DNA from: Deltaproteobacteria bacterium
Lineage (GTDB): Bacteria > Desulfobacterota > Binatia > UBA9968
DNA: 64,000 nucleotides
Direction: 5' to 3'
NCBI GenBank assembly: GCA_016874755.1
Contig: VGTH01000009.1
Span: 4,933 to 68,932, forward strand
Shown here: positions 51,087 to 60,386 of the stretch, in pieces
Layout of the letters: each line of letters begins with the position of its first letter
Position numbering within the stretch: position 1 is the stretch's first letter
The notes under the pieces: generated by a model
What the model was told of the DNA's origin: nothing
The model's database searches: none
Seen by the model: only the letters and a program-made list of their open reading frames with translations
Program-made: the position numbers and the translations under genes

Positions 51087-52238
51087 ATGAAACACAGCAC
51101 GGAAAGAATTTTAGTTTCCCACGTCGGCAGCTTGGCGCGCCCCAAAGATTTGATGGAAATGTTGGTGGCACGAAACGAGGGCAGAGCCTACGACAAAGCG
51201 ACGCTCAGCAAGCGCATGCGCGAGTCAGTCGCCGAAGTGGTCGCAAAACAAATCGAGTGCGGCATCGATGTCGTCAACGACGGCGAACTCGGCAAATCGA
51301 ACTTTTCCCGCTACACCAAAGAGCGCCTCGGCGGCTTCGTCGAGCGAACCGCCGACCTCAATTTCAAACCGACGTCAATTTTTGGCCGCGACATGAAAGA
51401 GTTCACGGAATATTTCAACCGTGGGGGCCGCACGGCCATCGGCCATCATGCGCGCGTGTTCTACGCGGTGGAGCCACTCAAGTATGTCGGCCAAGAAGAA
51501 GTGCAAGAAGACATCGCCAACTTGAAAGCCGCCCTCCAAGGCAAGAAATATGAAGAAGCATTCCTCCCCGCCATCGCACCCGGCACGATGGAGCATTGGA
51601 TGAAGAACGAATACTACAAGACCAACGAGGAATATTTATTCGCCATCGCCGGCGCCATGGCCGAAGAGTACAAGGCCATCGTCGACGCTGGCTTCGTCTT
51701 ACAGATCGACGATCCCGATCTTGCCGACGCTTGGCAGATGTTTCCCGACATGTCGTTGGCCGATTACCGCAAATATCAAGAGCTGCGCGTCGACGCGCTC
51801 AACCACGCACTCAAGGGTTTGCCCGAAGATCGCATCCGCTTCCACATGTGCTGGGGCAGCTATCATGGGCCGCACAAATACGACATGCCGCTCAAGGACA
51901 TCATCGACATCATTCTCAAAGTGCGCGCAAGCTGCTATTCGATTGAAGCTTCCAACCCGGTGCACGAGCACGAGTGGCGGGTCTGGCAGGAAGTAAAACT
52001 TCCCGCCCGTAAAATGCTCATGCCCGGCGTCATCGGCCACTGCAGCGATTTCATCGAACACCCGCGAGCGATCGCCGATCGCCTCGTGCGCTACGCGAAG
52101 ATCGTCGGCAAGGACAACGTCATCGCCGGCACCGACTGCGGTATCGGTTCACGCGTCGGCCACCCGCAGGTGGGCTGGGCCAAATTCCAAGCCATGGCCG
52201 AAGGCGCCCGCATCGCGAGCAAAGAGCTTTGGGGATAA
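51087..52238 (+). CDS. Cobalamin-independent methionine-synthase-like (MetE C-terminal/UroD-like TIM barrel) protein
   Basis: 383 aa; ILVSHVGSLARPKDL..., zinc-binding-like His/Cys/Glu positions typical of MetE-like family. Confidence 0.65.
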   Translation: MKHSTERILVSHVGSLARPKDLMEMLVARNEGRAYDKATLSKRMRESVAEVVAKQIECGIDVVNDGELGKSNFSRYTKERLGGFVERTADLNFKPTSIFGRDMKEFTEYFNRGGRTAIGHHARVFYAVEPLKYVGQEEVQEDIANLKAALQGKKYEEAFLPAIAPGTMEHWMKNEYYKTNEEYLFAIAGAMAEEYKAIVDAGFVLQIDDPDLADAWQMFPDMSLADYRKYQELRVDALNHALKGLPEDRIRFHMCWGSYHGPHKYDMPLKDIIDIILKVRASCYSIEASNPVHEHEWRVWQEVKLPARKMLMPGVIGHCSDFIEHPRAIADRLVRYAKIVGKDNVIAGTDCGIGSRVGHPQVGWAKFQAMAEGARIASKELWG

Positions 52239-52244
52239 CCAAAA

Positions 52245-52335
52245 ATGGGGTGATGGAGTATCGGAGTGATGGAGTGTTGGAGTGTTGGGTTTTCGGAACC
52301 CATTACTCCACGACTCCAACACTCCATCACTCCGG
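52245..52335 (+). repeat. Long imperfect hairpin built from GGAGTGWT tandem units, immediately 3' of the MetE-like gene
   Basis: GGAGTATCGGAGTGATGGAGTGTTGGAGTGTTGGGTT ttcgg AACCCATTACTCCACGACTCCAACACTCCATCACTCC. Confidence 0.5.
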
Positions 52336-52500
52336 AATGCCTCGGTCAACTTGCCGGTGAAAACTTCATCAGATGACTTTGAGTCGTACCCACCCCAGCG
52401 GCGGCCTCGGTGCTGCTCTTGATGATGCTGCGCGTTTCCGGGCTGTAATAGTAAGTTGACGTGCTTGTACCGGAATTGGCACGGTTGGCGCGGTCAGTTT

Positions 52501-52972
52501 TCACAACTTATAGGCTTTGAAATCGCCCGCCGGCACGGTCACCTGTTCTATGCCAACGACATTCACCTCCACAGATCGTGATTGATCTTGCCGCGCGCCG
52601 GCAGGTCGGGTTTTATACTCGTAGCTCCACTTCTGGCCAACTGAAAGGGGGAACTTCAAATCCTGTCGTTGCTCGCTCCTGCCGATCCATCGCAGCGTCG
52701 TTTGACCTGGCCCATCGGCTTGTATCGGGACCTCTGTTTTTTGATTTCCCTCGATCTGAGAGATTCGCGGTTGCCCCTGCACGATCGTAATCCCAATAGT
52801 TTTCTCCAGCGTTGCGGTCGAAGAGACCAGCTGATTTTCACGGCTTATTTCAATCCGCCAAGTATCACCGTCCTTATGAACCCGGTGCCGATGCCACATC
52901 GTTGCCGAGAACAACATTGGCTTGAGCACTTACGAATAATCCCATCAACAGTACTCTCACGATTTTCATTGC
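52501..52972 (-). pseudogene. Small secreted protein gene split by a frameshift between signal peptide and mature domain
   Basis: MKIVRVLLMGLFVSAQA... signal peptide (start 52972) reads in a different frame from the 142-aa body ORF (52501-52929). Confidence 0.4.
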
Positions 52973-53151
52973 TTTCTCCTCTCGCATTCGGTTAGTGAGC
53001 GCGCACAAAGTCATGCCGCTCATGCCAGTAATCACTGCCAACGTGCACTTACTTCACACGGACGCGTCGTTGCCGCGAAGCACTGAGCAAGAGCGTTGCC
53101 AACCGATGGGATACTGGAAGGAAAACTACAACTGCTTGATTTAGCGAGACT

Positions 53152-54756
53152 ATGCGTGCAGTAGCGGAGGTAAAGTGTATTCGCTTTTCTATTTCTGCAG
53201 CCTTGGTTTACGTTGCTGACAACAATGAAGCCGCAACGGAGTCAACGATTGCGAAACAAGCTGTTTCACTATTTGTGAGGCAAGGTTTTCGCCCAAGCAT
53301 CAGTTGGCGCAGCTCGCGGGCGACCGGCTGTTTGAATGCGACTTTCTATGCGTCGGAAAGCGAGCAACTAGACAGGGTTCTAGGTTTGAGCAACGGGCTC
53401 GATCCCGAGTTCGTCGCCAAGACCGCGGTCTATTGCCGCGAGCAAAGCCTCATGAAGGACATGCCGGCGCTGTTGTGCGCGTCGTTGTCGACTCGCGACA
53501 CTGAGTTGATGCAGGCAACCTTCGTTCGTGTCATCGACAACGGCAAGATGCTGCGCAACCTCGTGCAGATCCTGCGCTCTGGCGCCGTCGGTCGGAAGTC
53601 TTTGGGCACGGCGCCTAAGCGTCTGGTGCAAAGCTGGTTCGACCGTCAAGATGAGAGCGACTTGTTCCGCGCCGCCATCGGGCAGGATCCGTCCATCGAA
53701 GATGTGATCAAGATGGTGCATCCGAAGCCGAAGACTGAGGAGCAGGAAGCTCTGTACGGCTACCTGTTGGGGCGTTCGCACGATGCTGAGTCGCTGCCGG
53801 CTGTAGTTCGTGCGTGCGAGGCTTTCAAGGCGGGTGATACCACCGAGGTTCCCGACGTGCCGTTTATGAAGTTGACCGCGGTGGACTTGAGCGATTTGGC
53901 TTGGAAGAAAATCGCTGAGCGCGCTTCATGGCAGACCACCCGCATGAACTTGAACACCTTTGCTCGCCACGGCGTATTTGCCGATGCGGCTTTGGTGGAA
54001 AGGATCGCGGCGCGCTTGCGCGATCCGAAAGCGATCCGCAAGGCGCGGGCATTTCCGTATCAGTTGATGGTGGCCTACACCACGGCCGATGCAGCAATTC
54101 CTGGAGCGATCCCCGAGGCGTTGCAGGACGCCATGGAAGTGGCGATCGCAAACGTGCCCTGCTTCGCCGGCAAGGTCTACGTCTGCCCGGATGTGTCGGG
54201 TTTGATGTCGAGCGCGATCACCGGCTACCGCAAGGGTGCAACCAGCGCCGTGCGGGCGATCGATGTCGCGGCGCTGGTCGCCGCCGCGGTGGTGCGCAAG
54301 AATCCGTCGGCGGCGGTCTTGCCCTTTGAGCAGGACGTCGTGCCGTTGGCGCTCAACCCGCGCGATAGCGTGATAACCAATGCGGCCAAGCTCGCTGCCA
54401 TCGGCGGCGGTGGGACCAACTGCAGCGCGCCGTTGGCGCAGTTGAACGAGCGCAAAGCCAAAGGTGATCTGGTGATCTTCGTCTCCGATAACGAGGCGTG
54501 GATCGACGCAGGCCATGGCCGCGGCACAGCAACGATGGCCGAGTGGCAGCGCTTCAAGGCGCGCAACCCGGCGGCAAAGTTGGTCTGCATCGACTTGCAG
54601 CCGTACGCCACGACCCAAGCGCAGGAGCGCGCAGATATTTTGAATATCGGCGGCGGCTTCTCGGATGCGGTATTCGACGTGATCGCGCGCTTTGCGCAAG
54701 GTTCACTGAACGCCGATCATTGGGTCGGTGAGATCGAAGCCGTGAGTTTGAATTAA
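53152..54756 (+). CDS. rsr: Ro60-related protein Rsr (TROVE domain + C-terminal vWA/MIDAS)
   Basis: 534 aa; TROVE core (...LVQSWFDRQDESDLFRAAIGQDPSIEDVIKMVHPKP...), vWA with DVSGLMSS MIDAS motif; Deinococcus-Rsr-like length. Confidence 0.85.
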   Translation: MRAVAEVKCIRFSISAALVYVADNNEAATESTIAKQAVSLFVRQGFRPSISWRSSRATGCLNATFYASESEQLDRVLGLSNGLDPEFVAKTAVYCREQSLMKDMPALLCASLSTRDTELMQATFVRVIDNGKMLRNLVQILRSGAVGRKSLGTAPKRLVQSWFDRQDESDLFRAAIGQDPSIEDVIKMVHPKPKTEEQEALYGYLLGRSHDAESLPAVVRACEAFKAGDTTEVPDVPFMKLTAVDLSDLAWKKIAERASWQTTRMNLNTFARHGVFADAALVERIAARLRDPKAIRKARAFPYQLMVAYTTADAAIPGAIPEALQDAMEVAIANVPCFAGKVYVCPDVSGLMSSAITGYRKGATSAVRAIDVAALVAAAVVRKNPSAAVLPFEQDVVPLALNPRDSVITNAAKLAAIGGGGTNCSAPLAQLNERKAKGDLVIFVSDNEAWIDAGHGRGTATMAEWQRFKARNPAAKLVCIDLQPYATTQAQERADILNIGGGFSDAVFDVIARFAQGSLNADHWVGEIEAVSLN

Positions 54757-54767
54757 CTTTAACCGGG

Positions 54768-54827
54768 GCTGAATGCAGTCGAAACTACATTTGCGACATG
54801 TTCTGTCTCGACGACAAACTTGTCAGC
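54768..54827 (+). ncRNA. Short Y-RNA-like element (stem only, no tRNA-like insert), 12 nt after rsr stop
   Basis: GCUGA-AUGCA-GUCGA...UCGAC-GACAAACUUG-UCAGC: same two-helix / asymmetric-loop architecture as the two downstream elements with compensatory helix changes. Confidence 0.4.
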
Positions 54828-54840
54828 TCCGATAAACCCA

Positions 54841-54875
54841 GGGCGACCCACCGGTCGCCCCCACGAAAATCGTGG
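54841..54875. repeat. REP-like palindrome GGGCGACCcaccGGTCGCCC plus adjacent CCACGAaaaTCGTGG hairpin
   Basis: Same palindrome family as 26670-26689, 40491-40510, 50827-50846 and (reverse orientation, compensatory G>A/C>T) 54953-54973. Confidence 0.6.
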
Positions 54876-54988
54876 CGCCGAATGCTGTTGGGATTACATC
54901 ACAACCCTAGTACGGATGTCTCAACAAAAACTTGTCGGCCCAGAAACTTGTAGGGGCAACCGGCGGGTTGCCCTCAGGGATGCACGTA

Positions 54989-55096
54989 GCGAATGCCGAA
55001 GATAACTACATGGGTCGCGGGTTCGACTCCCCCTGGCTCCGTCAAACGGGCCATAGCTCAGCGGGAGAGCAATGTTTCCTTCAACAATTTGTCGCC
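54989..55096 (+). ncRNA. yrlA: YrlA-like Y RNA with circularly permuted tRNA-mimic domain
   Basis: T-arm GCGGG-UUCGACU-CCCCC (55017-55033), loop-closed acceptor-like stem UGGCUCC/GGGCCA, UA, D-arm GCUC-AGCGGGA-GAGC (55056-55070), 5-nt variable loop GGGUC, flanking ACAU/AUGU helix and GCGA..GAAG / CUUC..UCGC outer stem; lies between rsr and rtcB. Confidence 0.65.
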
Positions 55097-55150
55097 ACTA
55101 AATGCGGTTAGAAAGAATGGTGCGAAAAGCGATAGAATATTGAAACTAGC

Positions 55151-55270
55151 GGCGAATGCCGAAGCAACTGCATGGCCTCGCGGGTCTTCGGGTGCAAGTC
55201 CTGAAGCGCAGTCAACTGCGCTAGCTCAGGACAGAGCAACGAGAAAACGCTTCTTCAAGAACTTGTCGCC
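55151..55270 (+). ncRNA. Second, more degenerate Y-RNA-like element with tRNA-like D-arm and extended T-arm analogue
   Basis: Same termini as element 1 (GGCGAAUGCCGAAG ... CUUCAAGAACUUGUCGCC), D-arm GCUC-AGGACA-GAGC preceded by UA and loop-closed helix CGCAG-ucaa-CUGCG, 7-bp stem CUUCGGG-UGCAAGU-CCUGAAG. Confidence 0.5.
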
Positions 55271-55285
55271 GCCCGTGGGGGAAAT

Positions 55286-56514
55286 ATGTCAGAGAGCAAC
55301 TACAACCTGATTCAGCCAGAGAATGGCGTGCCCATCAAGGCCTGGACCAAGGGCGTCGCCATTGAAGGTTCAGCGGAGAAGCAGCTGCGCAACGTCGCGA
55401 CCATGCCGTTCGTCTACAAATGGGTGGCGGCGATGCCGGACGTGCATTGGGGCATCGGCGCTACTGTAGGGAGTGTGATCCCCACCAAAGGCGCGATCAT
55501 CCCAGCCGCCGTCGGCGTCGATATCGGCTGCGGCATGATGGCGGTGCGAACAACGTTGAACGCCAGCCAACTGCCAGACAACCTGCGCAGCGTGCGCTCG
55601 GCAATTGAAAAGGCGTGCCGCACGGACGCACCAACAACGGGCGCAAGGGCGACCGCGGCGCGTGGGGCGAAATCCCCAAGCGCCAGATCGGCGTGTGGCG
55701 CCAGCTCGAGATGGGCTACAAAGCGATCACGGAAAAGTATCCAAACTTAGATCGCGGCAATGATGTGAATCACTTGGGCACCCTCGGCACCGGCAACCAC
55801 TTCATCGAAGTGTGCCTGGACGAAAGTGACCGGGTTTGGTTCATGCTCCATAGCGGGTCACGCGGCGTCGGCAATCGCATCGGGACCTTTTTCATCGATC
55901 TGGCGCGCAACGATATGCGCAAGCATATCGCGAATCTGCCGGATCGCGACCTCGCTTACTTCGAAGAAGGCAGCGAGCACTTCGAAGACTATGTGGATGC
56001 CGTGCACTGGGCGCAGGAGTTTGCCATGTACAACCGTAAACTGATGATGGAGCAGCTGGTCGAAGCGGTGGAAAATTGCCGCGAGCTGCCGGAGTTTTCA
56101 CTGACTGAAACGGCGGTGAATTGCCATCATAACTACGTCGCCCGCGAAGAGCACTACGGCCATGCCGTGTTCGTCACCCGCAAAGGCGCGGTGCGCGCCG
56201 GCAAGGGCGACATGGGGATTATCCCCGGCAGCATGGGGGCGCGCTCGTACATCGTGCGCGGCCTCGGCAATCTCGAGAGCTTCGAAAGCTGCAGCCACGG
56301 CGCCGGCCGCGCCATGTCGCGCAACGAAGCCAAGCGCCGTTTTACGATTGACGATCACATCAAAGCCACTGCTGGCGTCGAATGCCGAAAAGACGCCAAT
56401 GTTATCGACGAAACCCCAATGGCGTACAAGAACATCGACGATGTCATGAACGCGCAGAAGGATTTAGTCGAGATTGCGCATACGCTGCGGCAGGTGGTGT
56501 GTGTGAAAGGATAG
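55286..56514 (+). pseudogene. rtcB: RNA-splicing ligase RtcB, reading frame broken by 1-nt deletion near 55612 (or sequencing error)
   Basis: ORFs 55286-55750 and 55615-56514 together give a full-length RtcB (..AIEKA|VPHGRTNNGRKGDRGAWGE.., HLGTLGTGNHFIEVCLDE.., SCSHGAGR..); expected GCG GTG CCG is GCG TGC CGC. Confidence 0.8.
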
Positions 56515-56606
56515 GCTTGAGGCGCGAGTTGAAAGGATGAAAGATGAAAGCGGAAGTATGAAAGAAGAGTTCGGACAATTCCACCTTCATAATTCCGCTT
56601 TCATAA

Positions 56607-57379
<773 letters not shown>

Positions 57380-57677
57380 GCTAGGAGAACCCATGCCGAG
57401 AATCGCGTTAGATCTAAACAACCTCGATGATCTGAAAAAAGTAAGCCCATTGGCGTCTCGGCCCCGGACTCGTGCCCGGTCAGCCCAACGAAGGGTTGGT
57501 CGCGCAGCTTTTGAATACGCCAGCACGTCTGCCTGAGTACGACGATTCGAGGGTGAATAAGTGCAAGGGGAAAGGCTACCGGACAGAGCCAGGACAAAAG
57601 AACTAACCCTCGCTGGGTGATCGATTATGCTGATCCGACGGATCCGACCGATCGGTCTGAAGGTTCAACCCGACACG

Positions 57678-58586
57678 CTACCCGCCCACACTCAACCCCA
57701 TCAGCGCCAACGCGGCGCGTCCGCCGATACCGTAGGGGTTGCCCATGGTTTCCTGCATCTCGAAGTGATTGAGCCCTTCGCCAACCAAAAGTTCCACCGG
57801 TTTGCCGGCGGCTTTCAGCGCTGCGGCGAAGTCGCGGTTTTGGCGCTGAAACTCGGGCGTCTCCTGCGTGCCATAGGCGAGTGTCACCGGACAGTTTAGT
57901 TTATCGAGATGGCGCTGCGAGCTGAGCTTCTCTTCCACCTCGTCGGTGAATTTTACATACTCGCTGCGCTTGGACATGCGCACCGGTTTTAAGTCGTACA
58001 TGCCGCTGACGCACAAACCGCCTTTGACGATGTTCGGCGGCAAACCAAACTCTTTTTGCCAATCGGTGACGAGTATGCACCCGGTGAGATGCCCGCCCGA
58101 GGAGTGGCCCGACAGGTAAATTCTATTTGGGTCGCCGCCAAAGCTCGCCGCGTTCTTGTAAACCCACGCCACGGCGCTGCGCACTTGTTGCGCCATCGGC
58201 AGCAAATTGCCGCCGGCGTCAGCGATCTGAACGAAATCTAAAATCACGTAATGCGCCCCCGCGTTGACGAACATCTCCGCCGCGAAAGCAAAATCCCTCG
58301 CCGCGCCATTGCGCCACGCGCCGCCGTGGGTAAAAACCATCACCGGCGCATTGGGCTTTTTGGTCTTATAGATGTCGAGCTTCTCGATTTCGCTCGACCC
58401 ATAAGCGCGCCGCTCCGGCGGCATGCGCTTCAACACCGACTCGCTGGCGACTTTGCGCCGCAATGCCAACAGCGGTTGATTCGGTGCGTAGACGGTCTGG
58501 TCGTAGGCGTCGTCTAGTGCTTTCTGATCCATGTCCAACCAAACGATTGGACCTTTAACCCGCGTTTCCGTAGCTGTGCCGGCCAT
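57678..58586 (-). CDS. Alpha/beta-hydrolase fold esterase/lipase
   Basis: 302 aa; HGGAW oxyanion motif, GHSSGG nucleophile elbow. Confidence 0.75.
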   Translation of the reverse strand: MAGTATETRVKGPIVWLDMDQKALDDAYDQTVYAPNQPLLALRRKVASESVLKRMPPERRAYGSSEIEKLDIYKTKKPNAPVMVFTHGGAWRNGAARDFAFAAEMFVNAGAHYVILDFVQIADAGGNLLPMAQQVRSAVAWVYKNAASFGGDPNRIYLSGHSSGGHLTGCILVTDWQKEFGLPPNIVKGGLCVSGMYDLKPVRMSKRSEYVKFTDEVEEKLSSQRHLDKLNCPVTLAYGTQETPEFQRQNRDFAAALKAAGKPVELLVGEGLNHFEMQETMGNPYGIGGRAALALMGLSVGG

Positions 58587-58619
58587 CTTTTTCTCCGTGT
58601 CAGACTATTGCCTATTGCC

Positions 58620-59146
58620 TACTTTTCTATGCCATAAAACCGCTTGGCGTTGGTCGCCAGCACCGCGGCTTTATCCGCCTGATTGATATCGTCGCGCTCC
58701 AGGAAGAACGGCACCTAGGTCACGCCGCCTTCGAGAAAGCCGACGCGCAATTTCGGAAAGCGATCGAACACGCCGTAGGACAACATCGCTGCGGCTTGGG
58801 TCATGAGGCCGAAGGGATGGCCTAAAGCGTGCACCGGATAGTAAACTCCAATCGAGTCCATGCCCAAATGCTGCAGCGCGCACCGATCGAGATCTCTTTC
58901 GCTTTATAATCGGCTTCTATTTCCGCCACGGCTTCGCCCAAGTCCGGGTTGCTCGCCGACAAAGAAACCTGCTGCTGCAGGCGCTACGGCGGGTATCGAT
59001 TCTTTCTCGCCGCCTTCTAGATAATGAAAATGAATGTGATCGAAGGCAGGAAAAACTTCTTGGCGATTGCCCGCCGGCATGAACTTCGAGATTTCGTCCA
59101 TGTGCGGCCGGTCGTTGACGTGGCCGTCGGCGTCGATGATTTGCAT
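58620..59146 (-). pseudogene. Amidohydrolase-2 family remnant (internal deletion, frameshifts, in-frame TAG)
   Basis: MQIIDADGHVNDRP... N-terminus (paralog of 34167-35315) then only a C-terminal piece ..HLGMDSIGVYYPVHALGHPFGLMTQAAAMLSYGVFDRFPKLRVGFLEGGVT*VPFF.. in other frames. Confidence 0.55.
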
Positions 59147-59262
59147 GGGGCGTTCCTTTCGTAGAATCTCTCCGCCTATAACAAGTCTCGAAGCGAGCGT
59201 CTAGTTGAAAATCTTACAAATTACGCGATAATCGAAACATTCCACACAGCGGAGCCCAATGC

Positions 59263-59502
59263 ATGGCGCAAGCTAAAAACAAAGCAGAAGTAAAGCTACA
59301 ACAGTTGATCGCCGGCGCAAAGCAAAAGAACATCGAGATCCGCACTGAGAAGTTGCTGCGGGAGATCGGTTATAGGACTCATAGCGGGCGCTGCAAGGTG
59401 CGCGGCCAGGACGTCATCCTATTGGACCGCGACGCGTCGATCCACGACCAGATTGAATTTCTCACCACCGTACTCGCCGAGAACGCGCCCAACCAAAGCT
59501 AA
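59263..59502 (+). CDS. Hypothetical small protein (79 aa)
   Basis: ORF only; Lys-rich N-terminus, no recognised motif; divergent from DtxR regulator. Confidence 0.3.
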   Translation: MAQAKNKAEVKLQQLIAGAKQKNIEIRTEKLLREIGYRTHSGRCKVRGQDVILLDRDASIHDQIEFLTTVLAENAPNQS

Positions 59503-59564
59503 CGTGGATGGGCTGACGGTTTGAACGGCTTGAACCGTTGGAACGATTTGAACGTTCTTGTAGT

Positions 59565-60230
59565 TTAGTGGACGCGGATTTTTTTGGCGGCTTCGATGCC
59601 CAAGGAGAATTCGTCGGCACCGACTTTGAGCGTCATCATGCCAAGAGATGGCGCGACATCGACGACGTTGACTCTGGCTCCCGGCACCAGGCCGTGATTT
59701 TCCAAGAACCCCAAAAGCCGCACGTCTCGTTCGCCACCTTCGGTAATGAAATCGAGCTGAACTTGCTGTCCGTCGGACGCTTCGCTTAGCGGCACCGTCT
59801 TGGGAAGCTTGCCGGAACCGGTACCGGGAATCGGATTGCCATGCGGACAAGTGGTCGGGTTGCTTAATAGTTTGGCCAAGCGCTCTTCCACCTCTTGCGA
59901 GATCGCATGCTCAAGGCGATGGGCCTCTTGATGCGCCTTGACCCAGTCCAGACCCAACAGGTCGGTCAAGAAGCGCTCCGTCAGAAAGTGGCGCCGCACG
60001 ATTTTCTCAGCGACCTTGCGGCCGTCTTCGGTCAGATGGATTTCTTTGCGCCGGTTAATGGTCACGTAGCCTTCACTGGCAAGGCGGCGCAGCGTGGCGA
60101 ATATCGTCGAAGGCGAAACTCCGGTCTCGGCGGCGATGCGCGCGGCGATCACCGGCTGGTTTTCATCGGCCAGTTGGTAGATCGCTTTGAGGTAGTCTTC
60201 CAGCGCATGGGTGATTTTGGGCGTTTCCAC
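59565..60230 (-). CDS. DtxR/MntR-family metal-dependent transcriptional repressor with C-terminal FeoA/SH3-like domain
   Basis: HTH (ARIAAETGVSPSTIFATLRRLASEGYV), metal-site residues (HEAHRLEH), C-terminal SH3-like domain. Confidence 0.85.
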   Translation of the reverse strand: METPKITHALEDYLKAIYQLADENQPVIAARIAAETGVSPSTIFATLRRLASEGYVTINRRKEIHLTEDGRKVAEKIVRRHFLTERFLTDLLGLDWVKAHQEAHRLEHAISQEVEERLAKLLSNPTTCPHGNPIPGTGSGKLPKTVPLSEASDGQQVQLDFITEGGERDVRLLGFLENHGLVPGARVNVVDVAPSLGMMTLKVGADEFSLGIEAAKKIRVH

Positions 60231-60386
60231 GGTATGGGTGCATGCTATTTGAGGAACCCGTCAAGTGCAAGAGAGTCATCGAAATGTTATTTTTCGCCTG
60301 GGCGAAAGTCTCGGCAGCGCCGTATCTTTTTTGCCCTCGCGTCTGGAACTCTAACGTGGATTTAGATAATAAACGCGAAACCCACT

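Noticed and set aside
52477-52491. Sigma-54-type promoter TGGCACGgttgGcGC upstream of rsr (rtcBA operons are sigma-54/RtcR dependent in proteobacteria)
   Set aside because: The -24 element is perfect, but the -12 element is cGC rather than TTGC. The site is ~660 nt upstream of rsr with an antisense gene in between, and there is no RtcR-like activator nearby. I am not confident enough to call it.
55008-55075. Canonical tRNA gene (T-loop TTCGACT and D-arm GCTCAGCGGGAGAGC)
   Set aside because: The arm order is T-arm, acceptor, D-arm, there is no anticodon arm, and the acceptor helix is loop-closed. It is a permuted tRNA-like domain embedded in a larger stem, not a tRNA.
57380-57540. Small ORF MPRIALDLNNLDDLKK... 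immediately after rtcA as a possible ribbon-helix-helix antitoxin
   Set aside because: It is 62 aa with an Arg/Ala low-complexity tail and no partner toxin. The resemblance is too weak.
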